Shown piece after piece: positions 44,829 to 54,629 of a DNA stretch of 64,000 bases. The first letter of the stretch is position 1; each line of letters begins with the position of its first letter. Source of the DNA: an uncultured Isosphaeraceae bacterium (lineage in GTDB: Bacteria > Planctomycetota > Planctomycetia > Isosphaerales > Isosphaeraceae); the NCBI GenBank assembly GCA_963842405.1, contig CAWJGW010000064.1, positions 24,781 through 88,780 on the forward strand, read 5' to 3'. Below the pieces are notes generated by a model, which ran no database searches, was not told where the DNA came from, and was given only the letters and a program-made list of their open reading frames with translations. The position numbers were made by a program, and so were the translations under genes.

Positions 44829-47800
44829 GTGGCACGACCGACCGACATCAACCTGTCCGAGCGAGATATCAGCGGGCTGACGTCTCCCGATGCCCTCATG
44901 TCGTTTTTCAGCCGGCTGCACTACGATACCAACGCCCGCACGCCCCTGACCCCAGAGTCGATCGGCCTCGTGGGGGAGACGGCCGGCGTCGTCAAGAACA
45001 TAGAATTGCTCTCGGAGGACAGCGAGCACCAACTTCGAGTGATCTTCGTTCAGCCGAAATCGCTGACGGCCAAGGTCCGCAACGACCTGGTGCGGGTCCT
45101 GGGCAAGCGCATTCAGGACCACTTGCTGATCCTCTCGCCGGACTTCGAGATGTTGGAGTTCGTCCTGATCGAGAAGCCCAAGAAGAAGCAAAAAGGTCCA
45201 GTGGCATCATCCACCACGCGGCAGCCCGTCGCCAAGACGATCACCATCAACCGGCGCAGGCCCACGCGACTGGACCTGCGGACGCTGCGCCGCTTCACCT
45301 GGACCTGCCAGGATGCGATCGACCAGTTCGTTAAGCTGGTGAGTGCTTTCGATGCCGCGAAGTACACCAGCGAATACTTCCAGAACCGGGGATTATTCGC
45401 GGACTACTTCCTGCGCGAGCGGCTACGGGATGACCCGGAATGGCGGGACAATCCCTCCACAACGTTCGCGAGCGTTGGCAACTTGATCCAGGATGGCTCG
45501 ACTCGGTGGCAAAACGGCGACAAGCTGGCCCTCAGCAATCAGCTTTTCGAGCCGCTTTTCCGGCACCTGGGCTTTCAGGCCGTCCTCAGCCCGCCCGGCA
45601 AGTCCGACTCCAGCCGGCCACCGGACTATCTGCTCCGGGACCGATCGGGCGCGACCCAGTCAGCGGCGTTCGTCTACCCCTGGGACCGCTGGCTCGACGG
45701 ACCGGACATGGACGATGCGGAAACACCCGACGAGAACCCCGGTGCCTGCGTCGTCACGGCCCTCGACAGCGGTCTGGCCGGCTGGATCATCGTCACCAAC
45801 GGGAAAGAATGGCGGCTCTACAGCCGCCACGCCCATGCCCGCGCCACCAACTTCTATGAGGTCGACCTCGTCGAGGTGCTCACGGCCTCAGGCGATACCG
45901 ACCCGAACGAGGCGTTCCGCTACTGGTGGCTGTTCTTCCGCTCGAACGCCTTCGAAGCTCGGGCCGGACAAGTCGAGGCCGGCTGCTGGCTGGACGATAT
46001 CCTCCAGGGGAGCCGGGACTACGCCAAGCAGTTGGGCGAAAAGCTGAAGACTCGCATCTTCCACCACGTCTTCAAGGATCTTGCGGCGGGTTTCCTTGCC
46101 GATCGCGAGGGTCGGCTCCGCCAATCCGCCCATCCGTCCCGACAGGATCTGGACGACACTTTCGAGGCCACACTGACCTTGCTCTACCGCCTCCTATTCC
46201 TTCTCTACGCCGAGAGCCGGGACCTGTTGCCGATCCGCGAGGCGCCCTATCAAGCCGCCAGCCTGAAGGCGATCAAGGAGGAGATCGCTGAGAGGGCCGG
46301 CATCGCCCTCGACGAGGTTTCTCCCCGCCTGGAGCAGGCTTACTCGGCGAGCGCCACGACCCTTTACGACCGCCTCGGCGAGTTGTTCCAGGCGATGGAC
46401 AAGGGTGATCCGGTCCGCAACGTGCCGGTCTACAACGGGGGATTGTTCAACACCGCGCCCGACGATTCGGGCCGGCGGGATCACCGGATCGCCCATTTCC
46501 TAAAGGAGCATAAGGTCCCCGATCGTTATCTCGCCCTGGCCATCGACCGGCTGGTCCGGGACCAGGATGAGCGGACGCTAGGACTCGTCTTCATCGACTA
46601 CAAGTCGCTGGAGGTCCGGCACCTGGGCTCGATCTACGAGGGGCTGCTCGAGTTCAAACTCATCATCGCCGACGAGGACAAGACCACTCAGACCGAGAAG
46701 GGGCAGGAGCGGTATATCTCGCTGTCCCAGGCCAAAGTCAAACGGGGCAGGCAGGCCGAGGTCGCGGTGCGGAAGGGACTAGTCTACCTCTCGAACGACA
46801 AGGCCGAACGGAAGGCGTCTGGCTCGTACTACACGCCCGACCCGGTCGTCGAGTACATCGTGGCCCAGACGGTCGGCCCGGTGCTGGACGAGAAGCTGGA
46901 GGCGCTGCGGGCCGACTTCCGCGCCTTCGGCAAGACCTTCCGGCGCGAGTTGGCGAATTCCCAGCAGGCCCCCGTACCGCAGGTCCGCAAGGGCGAGTGG
47001 ACCCATCGCAATTGGGCGCGAAACCAGGCCCTGTTGAAGCATCCGGGTGTGGTCGAGGCGGTCTTCGACCTCAAGGTGCTCGACCCGGCGATGGGGAGCG
47101 GCCACTTTCTCGTCGAAGCCGTCGATTTCATCACAGACCGGCTGCTTACGTTCCTGGCCGCCTTCCCGATCAATCCGGTCAGCCTTGCGCCTGGAGCGGA
47201 CCCGCGATGAAATCTTGAAATCACTGGCCGATCAGGGCGTGATCGTCGACCCGGCCAAGCTGACGGACATCAACTTGCTCAAGCGGCACGTCCTGAAGCG
47301 ATGCATCTACGGCGTGGATCTGAACCCGATGGCCGTCGAGCTGGCTAAGGTCAGCCTGTGGCTCGACGCCTTCACACTGGGTGCCCCCCTAAACTTTCTC
47401 GATCACCATCTCCGGCCGGGCAATTCGTTGATCGGCCTGTCGGTCCGGGATCTTGAAAATGTGGCCGAAGGTCGATTGCACATCGAGAGAATCCGGGAGC
47501 CGTTAAGACCAGCGATCGAGACGATGCTCCAAGTCAGCCGGTTGACCGACGCCACAGCCGCTGAGGCTAAGGAGTCAGCCGACCTCTATCGGGAAGTGCG
47601 TGAACGGTTATCGGGGGCCGATTTGGCGCTCGATATGCTCGTCGCGGACGATTTCGGGGTCGATGGGGCAAAAGGGCTGGTCGCTGAGGGTGACGACCTC
47701 GATTTCACAGGCCGAGATCGACTTGTCGCGAGCCTGCACGGCGATGCCGAGCGACGTGTCATCGAAAAAACCGAGTCGCTCAGCAGCGACCCTGTCCTCC

Positions 47801-49188
47801 GTTTCTTCCACTGGGATCTCTCCTTCCCCGAGGTCTTCTTCGGGACCTCGGAAGCGGACTTTAACCGGCTTCGGCACAGCCAACGACTAGCGATTACTGG
47901 GAAAGGGTTCGACGCTGTCGTCGGCAATCCGCCTTATGTTCGCATGGAGCTGATCAAGCCGATCAAGCCGTTCCTCAAGCGGCATTACCAGTGCCACGCT
48001 GAGCGAGCCGATCTCTTTATCTACTTCTACGAGCGAGCTGTGCGCCTTCTACGACCCGAGGGTCGGACGGCATTCATCGCCTCCAGTACCTGGACCAAGA
48101 CCAAGGCTGGCGAGCACCTACGCGAGTTCCTCAAAGTAGAGACCACCCTTGAAAGCTTCCTCGACTTCGGGGACCTTCCTGTCTTTGAGGACGCCACAAC
48201 TTACCCCTGCATTCTGGTCGTACGCCGCCAAATGCCCCAACCCAGTCAGGTCGTCGCCAGTGCCGTGGTCAACGACCTTGAGGAGATCGACCTGGTTCGC
48301 TACCTCAAGACTCACACCGTCCCCGTTCCTCAGTCCCAGCTCGAGCTTTCGGGCTGGCACTTTGAGGACCGCCTCGCCATCCGGCTCCGCGACAAGATCC
48401 GCGCCGCGGGTATATCTCTTAAGGAGTATTGCGGCGCGCCGCTCTACGGGATCAAGACAGGCCTGAACGAGGCGTTCGTCATCGACACCCCGACCAGAGA
48501 CCGACTCGTCGCCGAGGATCCTAAGAGCGCTGAGGTTCTCAAGCCCTTCCTCGAAGGCAAGGATCTCAAGACTTGGCATGTCGAGTGGCGCGGACTGTGG
48601 CTTATTTATACCCATCATGGCATTGACATCGACCGCTATCCTGCCATACGCGCTCATCTAGCTACTTATCGATCGCAACTTGAGCGGAGAGCGACGAGTG
48701 ACAACCACGAGTGGTACGAGTTGCAGCAACCTCAATTTGCGTACACTTCTTACTATCAAACACCGAAAATATTCTATCCCCATTTTTCCCGTTGGCCGAA
48801 ATTCTCGTTTGACCCGAAGGGATTCTACGGCAACGACAAGACGTACTGCATCCCTGTCCGGGACAGCTACCTCTTGGGAGTCTTGAATAGTCCTATAATT
48901 TGGTACATTATGAAGGGGATTTGCTCCTTAAAAAAGGGGGGCTATTATGAGATGAGGGTCCAGTACGTTGAGACGGTGCCAATTGCCAAGCCGAACGATG
49001 CTGATCGTCGAGCGATCGCATCGCTGGCAGAGCGTCTATCGGAGGAAAGCATCATGGATCGCCTTGCGATCGAGTCCGAACTATTCGACCGTGTTGCACA
49101 TGTGTACGGACTCACTCACGAGGAGAAGGAGATGCTCGATCTCGAGGTGGGTGCCTCCCTGACCTCTTCGGCGATCGATGAGGACTAG
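44829..49188 (+). CDS. Large RM-type protein: HsdR_N-like N-terminal module + gamma-class N6-adenine DNA methyltransferase + Eco57I/TaqI-type target-recognition domain (type IIG / PglX / DrmMI-like); one frameshift near 47190
   Basis: ORF 44829..47210 (GTG start) has PDYLL...IIVTNGKEWRLYS, LLYRLLFLLYAESRDLLP, SGSYYTPDPVVEYIV and VLDPAMGSGHFLVEAVDF. ORF 47047..49188 has CIYGVDLNPMAVELAKVSLWL, FDAVVGNPPYVR (about 47925..47936), GIKTGLNEAFVID and LKPFLEGKDLKTW. Confidence 0.85.
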
Positions 49189-50229
49189 ACTCGTGTATCT
49201 CAATCGCCTTCGCCTCTACAACGTAAAACCATTGCGGCGTGAGATCCCGGGTGAAGGCGGGAATCCCAGAGCCCGCCCGTCACCGTCTGCTCCTGCAGGG
49301 AGGCAACGGGAGCGGCAAAACGACCGTACTCGAGACCGTGCGCGTCCTTTGGGAGTTCCTAGGCGAATGGATCGACCGGGGACAAGGGAAGCCGCCAACG
49401 GCGAACCAGTCGCGTCATTTTCTTTTCAGATCTGACTTCGCTGCGTTAGAGCTTCGAGGGTTTGCCGGGGATGACCGATCTCTGTGGGTGGGCATTGCCG
49501 GGGCGAACGATTGGTCGGACTTAAAGCGTTCAGAGCCAAACGCGGTCTTTGCTGGGCTCGTACGCTACGGGAAGAAACCTGAGCAAGCCCGCATCGAGCT
49601 CCCGGCAGGGCGTGACTGGAAGACCTTGCGAGACAGCAGTCTTGTTGGTCGGGAACCATTACCGAATATTGTCCACTTTCCTCCCGATAATCGCACCGTG
49701 GTCGGGCCTCCCAAGGGCGGTGCCCGATTAATCGACACGAAGGCGCGTAAACTGGTCGGCGTTCTACAATCCGAAACTGGACCTCGACTCACTCCTCCTC
49801 ACCGTCAAGGCATTGCGGCCCGAGAACTACGATCAGAGTCTTCGCTTGGTTAACCTCGCTATCGGACACCGAAACAAGCGGATCTCTGACTTCGGCGAAG
49901 ATGGACGGCTCTTGGTGGAGGGAGTGACTGAGTATGGGGTTGCCTACCGCCATCCCGTCGAGGAGCTCTCCTCTGGCGAACGGCAGATGTTACTCTTGAT
50001 CGTTTACACGGTCGGGTTCCTCCGGAATGGCGGAATCGTCCTTATTGATGAACCAGATCTACACATACATATATCTATGATACCTCAACTATTGGAAACG
50101 CTAGAACTGGTGGTCCGGGAACGAGGCGGACAATTAATTGTCGCCTCACATTCGCAACTGGTTTGGGACTGGTTTTCCCGAGAGGAAGAGCAAATCGAGT
50201 TGGGGCCTTGGCGGGAGGGCGCGACATGA
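49178..50229 (+). CDS. ABC/AAA_21-type ATPase (AriA/AbiLi/RloA-like), two apparent frameshifts
   Basis: - N-terminus VYLNRLRLYNVKPL in ORF 49178..49435. The start is ATG 49178 or GTG 49194, overlapping or abutting the stop of the MTase gene.
- Walker A LLLQGGNGSGKTTVLE in ORF 49239..49853.
- LSSGERQ and Walker B IVLIDEPDLHIH in ORF 49813..50229. Confidence 0.75.
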
Positions 50230-51077
50230 GTACTCCGCCCAAGCCTGTAATGGATGTTCGGACGATACGCAGCACGAGTAATCGGGCGGTTCTCGTCCTG
50301 GAGGGTAAGGAGGACTCCGAAGTCTACTCGCGATGGCTGAAGAAGCTCATGGGACCTGGTTCCGTTGTCTCCGGTCGGCTCAATCTCGTCGCGGTTGGTG
50401 GAAAGATAAATGTTTTGACTGCGTTGGAGTGGTATCGGGACCACGAAGGCAACCCGGACAACATCTTCGGCATTGTAGATCGTGATGAATGGGATGATGC
50501 TACTATCGCCACAAAGAAAGGGGACCTTTCACAGCTACGAGTCAATACTATGAGACATGGTATCGAGAGTTATTTCTGCGACCCTTCGGAGATCGAACCG
50601 GCGCTTCTAGCTGAGGATACCTCCACCTACGGCCCTCTAATCGCCGCATTCAACACGCAGGCGGCGACGGCTCTCGAGGCTCGCGTCGATCACTGGTGCC
50701 TGTTCACAGTGACTGAAAGGGTCAAGCAACGCATGATCGAGGTGGAATACCCGGGTATCTTTCACGATCTATTCGAGCTACCCGACGATACTGAGATTCT
50801 TAGCCGTCTCCGAACTTGGTCCAGCATCTTGGACTCTGACCGTATCTTCGATGAGTTCACGCGGTTACGGAGTGATGCACGATCTCGCACCTCCTCGGAT
50901 CGATTTCGAGGATGTGTCTGGGCGAAGCCCTTTTTCGAGGGCGTCGTATGCAGTGGAGCAGCCGGATTGCAACAGATGAAGGCCAAGAATACTACGACGT
51001 GGATGATCGATCTCGCTGAGCACTCACCGACAGTCCCCGCCGATATCGAGGCGATCCTCCGAGAGTTGATCCTTTGA
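50226..51077 (+). CDS. DUF4435 / TOPRIM-like protein (AriB/AbiLii/RloB-like)
   Basis: The ATG overlaps the upstream stop (ATGA at 50226..50229). AVLVLEGKEDSEVYSRW...VAVGGKINV...NIFGIVDRDEWDD gives the conserved Glu and DxD of a TOPRIM fold in the DUF4435 arrangement. The reading frame is intact at 283 aa. Confidence 0.7.
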   Translation: MSTPPKPVMDVRTIRSTSNRAVLVLEGKEDSEVYSRWLKKLMGPGSVVSGRLNLVAVGGKINVLTALEWYRDHEGNPDNIFGIVDRDEWDDATIATKKGDLSQLRVNTMRHGIESYFCDPSEIEPALLAEDTSTYGPLIAAFNTQAATALEARVDHWCLFTVTERVKQRMIEVEYPGIFHDLFELPDDTEILSRLRTWSSILDSDRIFDEFTRLRSDARSRTSSDRFRGCVWAKPFFEGVVCSGAAGLQQMKAKNTTTWMIDLAEHSPTVPADIEAILRELIL

Positions 51078-51100
51078 CCCGATGATCCTCGGGGTGGAAC

Positions 51101-54100
51101 GTGAACTTACCCTTCGTCATCGACAACGTGCATCACCGGCTGGCCGACGCTCTCAATCAGCTCCTCACTCAGAGCGCCAAGAGGCCGGTCGACGTCGCGA
51201 CCGCGTATTTCTCCCTGAGCGGATACCGGCTGGTCAAGGGGAATCTGCATCAGGTCGGCGCCTTCCGGCTGCTGATTGGCGGCGACCCCCAGACCGGTGC
51301 CGATGTCGGGCTGAAGCCCCGTTTGCGCGGCGAGCTCGAAGGCGAGCCGTTCACGGCCGAGACCCTCAAGCTGGTTGAAGACCTGATCGCCTTCCTCCAC
51401 GCCGAGAAGGTCCAGGTGCGGCTCTATGACAAGGGATTCCTCCACGCCAAGGCGTACCTCTTCCATCAGGACAAGGTGAGCCCCCTCAATCCGGCCGACC
51501 GCCTGCGGCCGTTCGCCGCCATCGTCGGGTCGAGCAACTTCACCGGGCCGGGCCTCATCAGCAATCGAGAGCTGAACCTGGTCCATCGGGTCATCCTGCC
51601 GGACGAAGACCCGCGCGATCCCGAAGCGGCCAGCCGGTCCGTGTACCTCGCCCAACTCCCCGGCCCCGAAACGGTCCTTGACCCGTCCCGCGTCGATGTG
51701 CCCGACGACGCCCGCCGGGTCATCAAGAGCGAGGTCGGGGCCAGGGCGATCACCGACTTGATGCGTTGGTACGAGGAACAGTGGGCCGAGTCGGTCGATT
51801 TCAAGGCCGAGTTGATCGAACTGCTTGATGCCAGCAAGTTCGGCACCAAGGAGTACACGCCGTATCAGGTCTATACCAAGGCCCTCTTCGAATACTTCAA
51901 GGAGGAGTTGGGTGCCGACTCGCCCGAGTTGGGCCGCAGCGCGGTGGACCTCGCTGAGTTCCAGGAGGATGCCGTCAAGAAGGCCCGCCGCATCCTCGCC
52001 CGCTACGATGGCGTCCTGATCGCCGATTCGGTAGGGCTGGGCAAGACCTGGATCGGCAAGAGGCTGCTCGAAGACTTCGCCTACCATCGCCGACAAAAGG
52101 CCGTGGTCGTCTGCGCGGCCTCGTTGCGGGCCATGTGGGAGCGGGAGCTGGCCTCGGCCACGATCGCCGCCCGGATTGTCGGCTTGGAGGAGTTGGGCCG
52201 GACCGAGTTCGACCCGAACCCCTTCGGCGATGCCGACGTGATCATGGTCAACGAGAGCCACAACCTCCGCAATGATAAGGCCAACCGTTACCTGGCGCTG
52301 GATTCGATTATCCAGAGCCATGGCGGCCGGGGCCGGGACGGAAGCCGCAAGAAGGTCATCCTCCTGTCGGCCACGCCGATCAACAACGACTTGAACGACC
52401 TCCTCAGCCAGGTCCGCCTGTTCACCCAGGGCCAGCCCGACTACTTCCGCGATGCGGGCATCGGCGACCTCACGGCCTACTTCCGCCGCGCCCGAAAGGC
52501 CGTGAACCAAAAGGACACCGCGGCCGGGGTAGTCCTGTTCAACCTGCTCGAAGAGGTGATGGTCCGCAACACCCGGCCCTACATCCGGGCCGCCTATCCC
52601 AACGCGACGATCAACGGGCGGCCGGTCGCCTTCCCCGATCGCCGGCTTCATACCGTCTCCTACGACCTCGGGGCCACGTGCGGCGGCCTGTACGACGAGA
52701 TCGTGGCCGCCATCGAGAACCTCTCGCTCGCCCCGTACAAGCTGGAAGCCTACAAGAAGAAGACGGCGATCCGGGACGACACGGAACACAAGTGGGAAGA
52801 AGGGCGCGAGATGGCCCTGGTGGGCATCTTCAAGACCCGGTTCCTCAAGCGGTTGGAGTCGAGCATCGCGGCGTTCCGCCTCAGCCTCGGCGCGCGCTGA
52901 CCTTCGAAGAGACGTATCTCGATTACCTGCTCGACGGCAACGTCGTCTCATCGAAAGACTTCCAGAAGGCCGTGCGATTCCTCGCGCGCGACGAGGAAGA
53001 TGACATCGCCGCCGGGAGTTTGGCCGAGGAGATCGATGCCGTCGCCGAGGCCAGGGAGTACATCGAGAGCCTGCCGCGCCGTGGATCTCAATCAATACGA
53101 GCTGCGGAAGTTGAGGCACGACGTCGAGGCGGATGTCGCGGCGCTTCGGACGCTGCACGATCGCACCGAGGCACTCGCGGTCCATGACGGCAAGCTTGCC
53201 CGTCTCAAGGAGCTCCTGGCCGGCGACTTGAGGGGCAAGAAGGTGCTGGTCTTCAGCACGTTCAAGGATACAGCCCGCTACCTCCATCGGCGGCTCACCG
53301 ACGAGTCGAGCGCGCCCTGGCTCGAAGCGGCGGGCAACCCGACGATTCGCCGGATCGACAGCGGCAATCACCCCTTCGAGCGGCCCAAGATCCTCGGCCT
53401 GTTCGCCCCGCAGGCCAATGGCCGGCTGGCGGCCTCCGGCGACGAGATCGATATCCTGATCAGCACGGACGTGCTCTCGGAGGGCCAGAACCTACAAGAC
53501 TGCGGGATCATCATCAATTACGACCTGACCTGGAACCCGATTCGGCTAGTCCAGCGCAACGGGCGCATTGATCGCATCGGCAGTCCCCACGCCGAGATCG
53601 GCATCTACAACCTGTTCCCCGAGGCCGAACTCGAGGCGCTCCTGCACCTGATCGAGAGGTTGACGAGCCGGATCTCGACTCTCGACGACATGGGGCTGCT
53701 CGACTCCAGCGTGCTCGGCGAGGTCGTCCACCCGCGGACCTACAACACCTTGCGCCGCATCCGCGACGAGGACGGAACCGTGCTGGATGAGGAAGAGGCA
53801 CGGGCCGAGCTGGCCGGCCCCGAGGTGCTGCTCAAACAGTTGAAGGGCAGCTTCTCAATCGCGGCGGCTCGGATGCGCTCACGTCGCTGCCCACGGCATC
53901 CACTCGGGCCTGCGCCGCCAGAACTGCCACGGGATGTTCTTCTACTTCCAGGCCCCGCGCACGGACGGCCTGGGTCGGCGCCACTTCTGGCGGTACATCG
54001 ACGGCCACACCGAACAGATCGTTGAGAACCGCTACGAGATCGCCCAGATGATCGCCTGCCTACCCGACGAGCCCCGCTACCTCGGCGATCATGACGTGTT

Positions 54101-54482
54101 CGCTCTCCAGGAGACGGTGATCGCGCACATCCTGAAAGCCGAGCGGGAGGTGGAAGCCCGGGCCGCCGCACCGACCGCCGTCGACCCGATCCAGCAGACC
54201 GTGGCCGAGGAGCTGAAGGATGCCATCCGCCGCAAGACGGTGGACCGAGATCTCGCCAAGAGCGGTATCCGCTTCCTCGGTCAGCCGATGGGCAAATCCC
54301 TCCACCTCAAACTGCGTGCGGCGTTCGCAGCGTGGGACGAGTCGCATGACGATGTGGCCCTTCTGGCGGAGATCGCGGCACTGGCACAGCAGTTCCAGAA
54401 GCACCGGCCGGCAACAGCCCAGGTCAAGCACCTTCGGCGTGAGGAGCTGGAGCTCATCTGCTTCGAGTACGTGACGGGCTGA
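51101..54482 (+). CDS. PLD-family (single HKD) nuclease domain fused to SNF2-family helicase; about 3-4 frame disruptions
   Basis: - GTG at 51101 follows GGGGTGGA.
- PLD domain: VDVATAYFSLSGY, GFLHAKAYLF, AIVGSSNFTGPG.
- Helicase: LIADSVGLGKTWIG, VIMVNESHNLRN, ILLSATPINN in ORF 51101..52900.
- C-lobe in ORF 53000..54025 (KVLVFSTFKDTARYL, LISTDVLSEGQNLQD, NYDLTWNPIRLVQRNGRIDRIGS).
- Tail in ORF 53934..54482. Confidence 0.85.
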
Positions 54483-54629
54483 GATGCTCAAGGGCCATGC
54501 ACAATTCTGAGAGGGGAGCGTCCGTGTGAGCCGCGCTGGTCTCGGTCCGCGGCGCCGAGTCGAGTCGCCTGCGACTCGCACGAGGGCTCGCCCTCCCGAA
54601 ATCACGAGATCCCATCGATCTGATCGGCC

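Noticed and set aside
44829-54482. Calling the operon BREX, DISARM, type I or type III RM.
   Set aside because: The hallmark genes are absent from the window: PglZ/BrxC/BrxL for BREX, DrmA/DrmB(DUF1998) for DISARM, HsdS/HsdR for type I and Res for type III. Only the MTase and PLD/SNF2 parts are shared.
54561-54578. Hairpin CGAGTCGC-CT-GCGACTCG between the convergent helicase and kinase-TPR genes, as a bidirectional terminator.
   Set aside because: The loop is too short as written and there is no U/A tract on either side. This cannot be supported as an intrinsic terminator.
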